Shown piece by piece: positions 15,084-23,864 of a stretch of 27,616 bases of DNA; within the stretch, counting starts at the first letter, position 1, and every line of letters starts with the position of its first letter. The position numbers and the translations under genes are program-made. The DNA is from Elusimicrobiota bacterium (GTDB lineage: Bacteria; Elusimicrobiota; Endomicrobiia; CG1-02-37-114; JAHJSO01). A model generated the notes under the pieces. That model worked only from the letters and a program-made list of their open reading frames with translations. It did not search any database and was not told where the DNA came from. Location of the stretch: positions 1-27,616 of the forward strand of contig JBDRQF010000002.1 of assembly GCA_043826435.1 (NCBI GenBank). The letters run 5' to 3'.

Positions 15084-17378
15084 TCATTTCCGGTTATCCC
15101 CGCTCCGGTTATCCTCACGCACCCCTCTCATCCGGTGGACCGCCTGCTGTAGATAATATTCCGCTTCCCTGTAACCCGGTTCTATCCGGAGCGCAGTCCT
15201 GAAACAATCCACGACCTTCTCCCAGTCCTGCCGTCCCCAGTAAACAACCCCTTTATTGAAATACGCCTTTGCGAAATCCGGTTTGACTTCAATCGCCTTA
15301 TTGTAGTAGTGGATTGAATTATCCGGCCTGCCGGTTTTTTCCGAGACAACGCCCATGTGCAGGTAAACCTCCGCCAGGTCCGACTTTAATCCGTTCACCA
15401 CGGCATCACCCGCCTTGTATGAACGGGCAAGTCCCAGCAGGTGCATGTATTTTTTTTCAGCCAGACCGTAATAGGAGAGGGCGGAGTTATAATCGTTCCT
15501 GCTTAAATACAGATAGCCCAGATTAAATGCAGGCAGAGGAAAATGTTCCTGGTAGTAAAGCGCTGTTCTAAAAAATCTCTCGGCCTCTCTCATACCTTCG
15601 GCGTCTTTCCTCTCTTTCAGATAAAAGTGCCCTGCACGATGGAATGCCTTCGCATATTCTTCTATGAGGTCCGGCGTAAAAAATTCACGGTAATGCCCGT
15701 AATCATAAACGCCCCTGTATATATACAGTTCTTCCAGATACATCCCCGGGGTCATCCACGGGGTCAGGTCTTGACATTTGACATCCTGCGGAACGGATAC
15801 TGTGACGGTCATACACGATGTCAGCCCTGCAGGGTGCATCCGGACGGTTGAAAACACCGGTAAATCAGTATCCCCGGATGCATAAACCCGCCTCAACCTG
15901 TTTCCGTCAATAAGACGCACCCAGTCCTGTTCCGTCTTAAGAGACAGGAGGAATAAATCAGGATAAGCCCTTTTCATCATATCAATATACCATTGCGAGC
16001 CGGCAAGCCCCTGTCCTATCACTGCAACGTCCCTCCTCCTGCGTATGACTGACTGTCGGAACCACAACGAGAACAACTGCACGTCCTCTTTTAATACGAT
16101 GAGAGAGTCGTTTTCAACGGAACGCAGTACGTTGACTGAATAATCGTACGCGAAGAAATTATTCCTTTTGTTGTTGTCGCCGATGTTTCCAAAAAAGTTA
16201 AACAAAATCATACAGGCAACGGAAAGAATTGCCAGCAGGGGAAAGTGAGATTGCTTCGTCGCTGACTCGCCTCGCAATGACACGAGGGGTAGGGAATATG
16301 CATACATTACCCCTGCAACCACAAATACAGAAAATATTATGTCGGGCAGGAGAAAGTGGGCTTCAAGTATCGCCAGGGCGTGCGGGTTCGGAGGCATGTT
16401 ACCCAGGTATATAAAAACCACTGAACTCAAAAACCACGCGGCGGCCGCCGCCAGCGCAAACCCCCTGTCGTAACGCAGGACTCCGATAAAACCGATGATT
16501 CCGAGAATAACGCCGATATAAGCAAAACCCCCTGAAAGGTTTCTCAAATAAAACATCAGGCCGTCACTGAAGTTCGCTCCTTTTTCATACTGGGCTGATA
16601 TTAAATCCAGTGTGCCGCCGTGCGTTTTCCGTGTTATTGTCTGATAGAGTTTTTCAAGCGTCGCAGGGTGGTTCCAGTCAATGAAGGGATTTACCGCAGA
16701 CCTCACGGGAAGGTACAGATATACCGAAAAACCCAACATAAACAAAAGGGAAGTTGCCGTAAAGACCTTCAGCGGTTTCTGCCTCCTGACAATTGAGACA
16801 ACAACCGGGACAAACAACGGGATTATCAAAAATATCACGTCCAACCGCACGCCTAACGAGAGTCCTGAAATGAAAGAGAGTAGATAGACATATTTTAGCA
16901 AGCGCTCGCTCCGCCACTTCAGGAATATGAATATCAACAGGACGGCGAAAAAGGTATTGACGGTGTACATCTCCGGTACGGTTGACAGGTACCATTGCAG
17001 GTAGGAGAGGCCCGGAACAACAGAGGCGGCTACACATATCAATTTTGAATACCGGCCTCCGCCAGCCCCTCCAATTCCACCAACCCCAGCAAAATATTTT
17101 TCAGCAAACAGTAGGACGCTCTTTGACAGCAGGATAACCGTTAAGACGGTAAAAACGGCACTCAGCGCGTTCAGCCGGTAACCGGCATTACCGAAAGGGA
17201 CAATCTCCAGGAATACCCTTGAGACAAGTGTGTATAACGGGTAACCCGGCGGGTGGGCGACTCCGAGCGTCTCTGCCACGGTTATCATTTCGCCCGCATC
17301 CCTGTAAGGTGCTACGGCCGGAAAAACACAGGACAGTAAAACAACAAAAAGAAAAATGCCAGCGCCGATAAAAATCAT
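15084..17378 (-). CDS. DUF2723/TMEM260-like GT-C glycosyltransferase with C-terminal TPRs (paralog 3, 764 aa)
   Basis: RDAGE...LGVAHPPGYPLY, YRLNALSA, EMYTVN, YLYLPVRS...DWNHP and C-terminal TPRs. Confidence 0.9.
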   Translation of the reverse strand: MIFIGAGIFLFVVLLSCVFPAVAPYRDAGEMITVAETLGVAHPPGYPLYTLVSRVFLEIVPFGNAGYRLNALSAVFTVLTVILLSKSVLLFAEKYFAGVGGIGGAGGGRYSKLICVAASVVPGLSYLQWYLSTVPEMYTVNTFFAVLLIFIFLKWRSERLLKYVYLLSFISGLSLGVRLDVIFLIIPLFVPVVVSIVRRQKPLKVFTATSLLFMLGFSVYLYLPVRSAVNPFIDWNHPATLEKLYQTITRKTHGGTLDLISAQYEKGANFSDGLMFYLRNLSGGFAYIGVILGIIGFIGVLRYDRGFALAAAAAWFLSSVVFIYLGNMPPNPHALAILEAHFLLPDIIFSVFVVAGVMYAYSLPLVSLRGESATKQSHFPLLAILSVACMILFNFFGNIGDNNKRNNFFAYDYSVNVLRSVENDSLIVLKEDVQLFSLWFRQSVIRRRRDVAVIGQGLAGSQWYIDMMKRAYPDLFLLSLKTEQDWVRLIDGNRLRRVYASGDTDLPVFSTVRMHPAGLTSCMTVTVSVPQDVKCQDLTPWMTPGMYLEELYIYRGVYDYGHYREFFTPDLIEEYAKAFHRAGHFYLKERKDAEGMREAERFFRTALYYQEHFPLPAFNLGYLYLSRNDYNSALSYYGLAEKKYMHLLGLARSYKAGDAVVNGLKSDLAEVYLHMGVVSEKTGRPDNSIHYYNKAIEVKPDFAKAYFNKGVVYWGRQDWEKVVDCFRTALRIEPGYREAEYYLQQAVHRMRGVREDNRSGDNRK
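15760..15783. repeat. Short repeat family B copy inside the CDS (encodes VKCQDLTP)
   Basis: GGGGTCAGGTCTTGACATTTGACA, 24 nt, matches 8710-8735. The host ORF stays open. Confidence 0.65.
16247..16282. repeat. Half copy of palindromic element A in frame within the CDS (encodes VSLRGESATKQSH)
   Basis: 36 nt with 32/36 identity to 12198-12233; only a 4-nt block differs. Confidence 0.9.
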
Positions 17379-19396
17379 TTCTTTAAACGTTCACTCGCAA
17401 TAGCCAGATACTTTCCCGCCGATTCATGCTCCGGGTCAAGTTCAACTGCCTTTTCAAAACATTTCACGACATTCTCCCAGTCGCCTCTCCCCCAGTAAAT
17501 AACGCCTAAGTTATACCACGCCGGGGCATACCCGGGGTCGGCCTCTATCGCCCTCCCGTAGAGTTTTTCCGCGCCATCCCTGTCACCCTTTTTTTCCAAA
17601 ACGACGGCTAAGTTTGTGAGGACGTCCGCCCGGTCGCCTCCAGCCCTCAGCAATCCCGCGTATTCCTTTTCCGCACTCCTTAAATCGCCTTTCTGGAAAT
17701 ACCACCATCCGGTTTTCATCAGCGGACTGAAATCCCCTGTTTCAGAAACGATTGCCATGTATTGTCTCTTCGCCCTGACCGGCTCGTCAACATCAAGGAA
17801 ATAATCAGCCAGAATATGGAAATGCCCCGTCCAGAGTGAAACGCTCCTCATTTCATTCCTGTGCGGCCGTCTCAAAATATATATTTCATCCCAGGAAAGT
17901 TTAACGGGTGATTTCCCCTTACGCCGTCCCTGCTCCGTCCTGACAGCGTACAGCAACCCGTGCCTGTATTTGGGGATGTCAACCTGGTCAGGAAGGAAGG
18001 TCGCGTAGAATACGTCCCTGGTCGTAGTTGCGATTAACCTTTTCTCAACAATCTCTCTTCGCTCCAGGCGTGGCCTTCCCCATATCCCGTAGTAGTCGTC
18101 TCCGTAAATACTTTTTGAGACGCCGGCATTGCAATCAATAAACATAACGTCCTGTCTGAATTTTTCTATGCGGGTATAATAGGCGACGGCGAACTCCATC
18201 TCGTCCGCCCTGTCCGAAAGAAGCAACGCACCCTCCGGCAACGTCCTGAGTATGTTCTTTGCATAATCATAATAAATATAGTGTCCCCGCATATTCATTT
18301 TATCAAAATTTTCATAAAAAAGATACACGGGCAGGAGGATGGCAAGGGGAAGGATACCCCTGAACCTGCGGTAATTAGATGACACGTATGACAACCCGCA
18401 TGCAAACAGCACTGTCACGGGAATAAACGGCAGGTAAACGAACCTTTCAAGCAGATTTTTTGTCTGGACGGTTAACGGAGTCCTTGCCGCAATCAGGAAA
18501 ATAGGTCCTGAAAAAAACATAAACAGAAATAACGGCATGAAAACGGCGTTCTTTAACGAAAGGACAAGACAGGCCGCAAACAAAATAAAACCCGCCGGAG
18601 TAAGCCCGTCCGCAAGAAAACTAGCAAAGAGTTTCAGATTCTCCCACACAAGGTAAAGTGTTACGGGCAACGGCTTACCCTGCGCCAGTTGGCCCGAATA
18701 CCTTGACCGCAGGACAAGGCGGACAAGCCGGTCTAATGCCGATGGGTCTTCCCAGTTAAAAAGCGGCTGCCTGCCTGCCCTTAAAGGGATAAATATGTAA
18801 ACGCTCATGCCCAGGATGAAAAAGACGATTGAAAAAACCACGCTTGAAAAAGAAAAACTTTTTCTTCTCCGCCATACCCAGAATAGTACCGCGGGCGCCA
18901 GGAAAACAATCGTGTGGTGCCCTCCTGTCCCGACGCCGAAAACAAATGACAACAGATAGAGCCGTCTGACGGGCGTTATGCTTTCCGACAAAAGCACCAG
19001 CAAAATAACCGCTGCAAAAAATGCATTCTGGGTATATACCTCGGTTGCGACGGACATCGCCCAGAAATATTTTGAAAAAGAAAGCAGGAGGACGGAAAAA
19101 ACGCACGCTATGCCGGATGAGGTGATTTTATATACCGCTAAACAAATTAAAAATACGGTTGCCGCACCGAAAAGACATGAAAGGACGTTCGCCCTGTATG
19201 CCATATTCCCGAAAGACAGCAAAACGCATGCAATCTTCCCGGTAATGGAGTACACCGGATACCCCGACGGGTGCGCTATGCCCAGTGAGGCGCAGACGCC
19301 CGCCAATTCGCCGGAATCATCGGTTGTGACCGTAGGCGATGTGGTCCATAAATAAACCCCGAAAACCAAAAATATCAGAATAAAACCGGTCTTCAT
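17375..19396 (-). CDS. DUF2723/TMEM260-like GT-C glycosyltransferase with C-terminal TPRs (paralog 2, 673 aa)
   Basis: DDSGE...LGIAHPSGYPVY, YRANVLS, EVYTQN, GGHHT, YIFIPLRA...NWEDP and TPRs. ATGA overlap with the next gene. Confidence 0.9.
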   Translation of the reverse strand: MKTGFILIFLVFGVYLWTTSPTVTTDDSGELAGVCASLGIAHPSGYPVYSITGKIACVLLSFGNMAYRANVLSCLFGAATVFLICLAVYKITSSGIACVFSVLLLSFSKYFWAMSVATEVYTQNAFFAAVILLVLLSESITPVRRLYLLSFVFGVGTGGHHTIVFLAPAVLFWVWRRRKSFSFSSVVFSIVFFILGMSVYIFIPLRAGRQPLFNWEDPSALDRLVRLVLRSRYSGQLAQGKPLPVTLYLVWENLKLFASFLADGLTPAGFILFAACLVLSLKNAVFMPLFLFMFFSGPIFLIAARTPLTVQTKNLLERFVYLPFIPVTVLFACGLSYVSSNYRRFRGILPLAILLPVYLFYENFDKMNMRGHYIYYDYAKNILRTLPEGALLLSDRADEMEFAVAYYTRIEKFRQDVMFIDCNAGVSKSIYGDDYYGIWGRPRLERREIVEKRLIATTTRDVFYATFLPDQVDIPKYRHGLLYAVRTEQGRRKGKSPVKLSWDEIYILRRPHRNEMRSVSLWTGHFHILADYFLDVDEPVRAKRQYMAIVSETGDFSPLMKTGWWYFQKGDLRSAEKEYAGLLRAGGDRADVLTNLAVVLEKKGDRDGAEKLYGRAIEADPGYAPAWYNLGVIYWGRGDWENVVKCFEKAVELDPEHESAGKYLAIASERLKK

Positions 19397-19435
19397 TTCT
19401 CTCCCGGCCGTTCACCCCGGTTTTTCATAGGTTAT

Positions 19436-21547
19436 TTATTTTGCCCGCAGGAGGGCCTGCGGTAAAAACCTTTTCGCCCCCTCATGCCCGGGATTAATCC
19501 ACAGGACTTTCTTAAAACAGTCCAGGACCTTTTGCCAGTCCTGCTGTTTCCAGTAGAGGACGCCTAAATTATAGTATGCGTCTGCGTTTGAAGGATCAAT
19601 CTCTATTACTCTCCGGTAGTATCTTTCCGCAGCAGCGGCCATACCTTTTTGCTCTGCAATCACGCCTAAATTCAAAATAGAGTGAACATCTTTTTCATCA
19701 ACCCTCAGGATTCTTTCGTAATATTTCTGCGCCCCGTCTTTGTCCCCCCGGTTGAAAAGTTCATAAGCAAGGGTATGGAGTTCGGCAACAATGTTTGACT
19801 TGAGCCATGCAATCTCTCCCCATCTCATAAATGCGTAATTGAACCACTCCCACGGCTCCCCGCCCGAACCGCCCGGTCCTGCCTCAAGGTATCCCGCCGA
19901 CCCCCACACAGTCATCCCGTAAACACCGCACATATATGCGTAAACTGGCGCGAGCGCCCTTGAACGGTAGTCGGAAAAACTGCCGAATGCGCCGCGGTTA
20001 AGCGTGTAAAAGTGAAATGCGTCTGCAGAGGGTTTCTCGCCCGCCCTGAAGGTTATTCCTGCAGGGTAAAGTTCAACCCCGGGAAGTATCTTTCTGTTGA
20101 AGGTTGAATAAAATACCGGTCTATCATCCAGAATTTTTTTCTCTGTCTGCCGCCTCCTGCTCTCCTTATCAGCCCTGCTTAATGACCTGAAGTCATCGCC
20201 GTATATGTTTTTGAAAACAAGCCCGCCCCTGTCATGCAGTCCTGCGTCCCGCCTTCTTCCTTCTGCAAAACAAAGGTATGCCATGGAATAGAAGGTATCG
20301 TCGCCACCGTCCATAAAAAACACGCTTCCCGGTATAAGCGTCCGCAGGATGTTTCTGCCGTAGTCATACGCAAGGAAATGATTCCTCCAGTTGCAGGCAT
20401 CACGTGCGCCCAAAAACTGGAATACCGGTATCAAAAACAACGTTGCGGCGAACGCCTGCCTTTTCAAAAACAACGTTGCGGCGAACGCCGGCCTTTTCAA
20501 AAACCACGCCCCATTCAAAAACCACGCAACGGACATACCCGCCCCGATGCACACACCGAGCATAGGCAGGATATAAAATCTTTCCAGGATACCGTCTGAA
20601 AGAGGGTCAAACGGCAGGTTTGCAAGCAGCATAAAGCCAATGCCTGAAATTAGGAAAAAGACAGATGCCGTCCGGCAGAACCTCCTGCTGGTTTTATTCA
20701 GAATAAACAGCCCCGTGAAACACAGGATAATACCCGGCAGCGTCACCTGTTTCGCAAGGACGGCAAAATACCTGCCCACCTGTCTGAAAATGATCGGCAG
20801 TCCCCTTGAAAGTTTATCTCCCACCGTAAGAGCGAAAGTCCCGTAGTCCTTCCTGCTGAATACCCTGTAAATCCCCTTAAGCGTTTCAGGGTTACCCCAG
20901 TCAAGACCGGGGTTCTTTAGCGACCTTGCAGGCAGGTACGCGTAAACCGTCATCCCCAGCAAAAATAACATCAGGAATACGAACACCCTCGAGGGGGTTT
21001 TCTTAATCAATGGGAATAAATATACCGGGGCGAAAATCAGCAGGACAAAAATTATTGTATGGTGGTTACCCAGGGCAATGCCGGCGACGAAACACGCCAG
21101 GCCCGCATACCTTGCGTTTGCTTCGCTCCTGTACAAGCACATAATTATAAACACCGCAAGGAAGGTATTCAGGGCGAAAACCTCCGCCTGTATTGAACTC
21201 TTCCAGAAACACTGGCTTAGCCCTATCATCAGGGAAGAAAAAACAGCCGCAAGAGGACTGCCTGTTATGTCCGTCATCAGGAAAAACACAACCGCGACCG
21301 TAAGTGAAGCGAAAAATACGCTTAAAAAATTCACCCTGTAAGCGTAACTCCCGAACGGGATGGACTCAACAAATATCTTGCCTGCCAGACAATACAGGGG
21401 ATAACCGGGGCTGTGCGGGATACCGAGTATTACGCTACCTGCACAGAACTCGCCTGAGTCACCCGGGGTAATTGACGGAGCCATCGTCCACAGATAAACG
21501 CCCAGGAACAGAAAGAATAGAACCAGCCCTCTTGTAAAATTTTTCAT
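19436..21547 (-). CDS. DUF2723/TMEM260-like GT-C glycosyltransferase with C-terminal TPRs (paralog 1, 703 aa)
   Basis: GDSGE...LGIPHSPGYPLY, YRVNFLS, EVFALN, GNHHT, YAYLPARS...DWGNP, GGDDTFY and TPRs. Confidence 0.9.
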   Translation of the reverse strand: MKNFTRGLVLFFLFLGVYLWTMAPSITPGDSGEFCAGSVILGIPHSPGYPLYCLAGKIFVESIPFGSYAYRVNFLSVFFASLTVAVVFFLMTDITGSPLAAVFSSLMIGLSQCFWKSSIQAEVFALNTFLAVFIIMCLYRSEANARYAGLACFVAGIALGNHHTIIFVLLIFAPVYLFPLIKKTPSRVFVFLMLFLLGMTVYAYLPARSLKNPGLDWGNPETLKGIYRVFSRKDYGTFALTVGDKLSRGLPIIFRQVGRYFAVLAKQVTLPGIILCFTGLFILNKTSRRFCRTASVFFLISGIGFMLLANLPFDPLSDGILERFYILPMLGVCIGAGMSVAWFLNGAWFLKRPAFAATLFLKRQAFAATLFLIPVFQFLGARDACNWRNHFLAYDYGRNILRTLIPGSVFFMDGGDDTFYSMAYLCFAEGRRRDAGLHDRGGLVFKNIYGDDFRSLSRADKESRRRQTEKKILDDRPVFYSTFNRKILPGVELYPAGITFRAGEKPSADAFHFYTLNRGAFGSFSDYRSRALAPVYAYMCGVYGMTVWGSAGYLEAGPGGSGGEPWEWFNYAFMRWGEIAWLKSNIVAELHTLAYELFNRGDKDGAQKYYERILRVDEKDVHSILNLGVIAEQKGMAAAAERYYRRVIEIDPSNADAYYNLGVLYWKQQDWQKVLDCFKKVLWINPGHEGAKRFLPQALLRAK
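20431..20527. repeat. In-frame tandem duplications: 33 bp x2 followed by an 18-bp-period repeat
   Basis: TCAAAAACAACGTTGCGGCGAACGCC(T/G)GCCTTT at 20431 and 20464; TCAAAAACCACGC at 20497 and 20515. Protein: AWFLNG AWFLKRPAFAATL FLKRQAFAATL FL. Confidence 0.9.
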
Positions 21548-21567
21548 AACGCAGTTGCTAACGTGTT

Positions 21568-21666
21568 GTCATTGCGACCACGAGCCCCGCAGGGGCGTGG
21601 TGGGAAGCAATCGCTATCCAAAAAATCTATGAGATTGCTTCGGTCGTTTCACTCCCTCGCAATGAC
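21568..21666. repeat. Complete palindromic element, family A (99 bp)
   Basis: Terminal inverted repeat GTCATTGCGA / TCGCAATGAC and inner inverted repeat GAAGCAATC / GATTGCTTC; intergenic. Confidence 0.9.
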
Positions 21667-21680
21667 CCGCCTCTGGCGTG

Positions 21681-23861
21681 TCACTTGAGCCCCGCAAATT
21701 TCCTGACGACCCAGTCAACCAGGAACAGAACGAATAGTATATAAAAAAACCATGTGGAACTATGCAGGTTAATTGTTTTTTTTATGACGGGGACAATCCT
21801 GCGGTTCACCATCGGGGCGATCCTGCCGGCGGAAAAATCTTTAAGCGTAAAGGCCGCCCCGCCCGTTATCTCTGCAAGTTCAGCCATAAGAGGCGTGTCA
21901 GCGGAGATGTCAAAAATCTCACGGCTTGAGTGCTCGTGAACAAACACGCTCTTCGCATCCTCATAGCCCCTGTTGTCCGAAAACAACCTTGCCTTAAAGG
22001 TATATTTCCCGGGCGGCCCGCAGGTATATTTCGCCGTCCAGTTGGAACCGGTAAAATAGACGTTGTCAATGTGGGTTTCTCTGGAAAGCGGGTCAATTAC
22101 ACGCAGAGACAGTTTACCCTTTTTAAGTTTAACGTCAAGCGGGACAACATCAACCTTCAACTCGTCGCCCGGCGAATATTTTTTCTGCTGAATTGATACC
22201 CTGACCTTCTTCGTCTCTTCATAACCGCTGAGCCACCGGATAACGTTCTCCCAGAATTTTGAATAAACGACGTTGCCTGAATCCGTCTGCCTTCCGAGGT
22301 ACCTGTCCGGTGGACGGGTCGTGCTGCCGAGCAGCCATCTCCATGTGGTGTTTATACCCATCGCCAGCGACCTGCCTTTGCCGTATTCGCCGGCTGCAAT
22401 ACACACTGCGTTCCGGCCGTCCAGTTTCATAGACGGGCTCTCCGCCAGTACCTTGCTCCCCGGCCTCGGCCTGAGCGCCTGGTGGGAATCCACCGGCGGG
22501 ACGCTCTGCCACAGGGAAATCGTCTGTCCCGGCGTGTCGGCAACCGCCATAATGGGATGAGTGTAGTCCTGTATCTTCGGCATAAACAGGCCCTCATAAA
22601 AAGGTTCGGACGGACTGTCCATCAGGACAGGGATAATTTCTTCAAGCGGACTGCCGGGGTATGCGCCCTTACCGAATGCGTTGTCCCCTCCTATCATCAG
22701 GAACCCTCCGCCTTTCTCCTTCACAAACCGGACGACGTTGTTAAGGTATTCATGCGTTATGTAAAACCTGCTGTAATTAAAATTCTCAAATATCAGCACG
22801 TCAAAATCATGGATGTCCTTCAGGAATATTTCCCTCGCAGGGAACGGTATAAGGGATAGTTGTTCTTCCGGGACAACCGCTACGTCCTCGGGGTTTCTGA
22901 GAATAACGAAAGAAACAAGTTCAACGTAAGGGGTGGATTTCAGTAAATACCTTAAAAAGTAATACTCGGGGTTCGGCTGGCCGCACAGGTAAAGCACCCT
23001 CACTTTCTCGCGGACCGTCTCAATGCTGAAATCCCTCCGGTTGTTTGAGACGACGCTCTCCTGCGCAAACGGGGGTATCTCAAGGTTGTACGTCTCAACG
23101 CCTATCTTTGAGGACGTAAGCCCGAAACGGACGCTCTCAGCCCCGTCCCGCAGGGTGTGTTTCTTTGATGCGACAATCTCCCCGCCCTTCTTGAGATATA
23201 TATTAATCTCCCTGCCGGGAAAACCCGATGAATATATGTCCGCTGTTATTTCAAACGGGACGTTCTTGTACACGAAATCCAGCGATTGGACGTCAAGGAC
23301 GGACACGTCTGCCGGCGGCGACGCCTCTTCCGGATAAACGGTAAAAAGAGGGACGCTTACCGATTTCGCCGCACCGCGGACGTCCGCGCCGGAGTTGTCT
23401 TTGCCGTCGGAAAAAATGATAACGGCATCGTAATCGGGCGAGCCGGCAATGTCCTTAACCGCCCCGGCGATACTCGTGTTTTTGCCCGACGCGGAAATGC
23501 TCCCCAGTTTTTCCTCCGGGAGCAGTTTAACGCCCGTTGAGAACTCATACATTGAAACAGAAAAGTAATTTTTCAGGAGCGGTAAATTTTTGGCGACGGT
23601 ATCCCTGGAACGTTTCAGCCGGCCTGCAAAACCCATGCTCGCCGACGTGTCAATAAGCAGGGCGACGTTCGGTTTTGTTTTTTTCTCAAACACGGGCAAC
23701 ACCGGTTTAAGCAAAAGAAAAAATATCACGGACAGTATCACGACCCTTATCGCCAGGAGCAACGGCCTTTTCGGCTGTCTTTTCCTGAGCACAAAGAATA
23801 TTGTCAGCCCCGCGGAAACGCACATCGCCAGAAAAACATAAACGGAAAAATTCACCAGCAT
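21681..23861 (-). CDS. Membrane protein with VWA, Ig-like and class I GATase-like (DUF1355-type) domains (726 aa)
   Basis: Two N-terminal TMs; MIDAS LIDTSASM...T...FSDG; ESVVSNN; KGGGFLMIGGDNAFGKGAY; YGKGR...TTWRW; C-terminal TM ending DWVVRK. Confidence 0.8.
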   Translation of the reverse strand: MLVNFSVYVFLAMCVSAGLTIFFVLRKRQPKRPLLLAIRVVILSVIFFLLLKPVLPVFEKKTKPNVALLIDTSASMGFAGRLKRSRDTVAKNLPLLKNYFSVSMYEFSTGVKLLPEEKLGSISASGKNTSIAGAVKDIAGSPDYDAVIIFSDGKDNSGADVRGAAKSVSVPLFTVYPEEASPPADVSVLDVQSLDFVYKNVPFEITADIYSSGFPGREINIYLKKGGEIVASKKHTLRDGAESVRFGLTSSKIGVETYNLEIPPFAQESVVSNNRRDFSIETVREKVRVLYLCGQPNPEYYFLRYLLKSTPYVELVSFVILRNPEDVAVVPEEQLSLIPFPAREIFLKDIHDFDVLIFENFNYSRFYITHEYLNNVVRFVKEKGGGFLMIGGDNAFGKGAYPGSPLEEIIPVLMDSPSEPFYEGLFMPKIQDYTHPIMAVADTPGQTISLWQSVPPVDSHQALRPRPGSKVLAESPSMKLDGRNAVCIAAGEYGKGRSLAMGINTTWRWLLGSTTRPPDRYLGRQTDSGNVVYSKFWENVIRWLSGYEETKKVRVSIQQKKYSPGDELKVDVVPLDVKLKKGKLSLRVIDPLSRETHIDNVYFTGSNWTAKYTCGPPGKYTFKARLFSDNRGYEDAKSVFVHEHSSREIFDISADTPLMAELAEITGGAAFTLKDFSAGRIAPMVNRRIVPVIKKTINLHSSTWFFYILFVLFLVDWVVRKFAGLK

Positions 23862-23864
23862 ATT

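Noticed and set aside
20431..20527. CRISPR-like repeats
   Set aside because: The units are directly adjacent with no spacers, lie in frame inside a CDS, and no cas genes are present.
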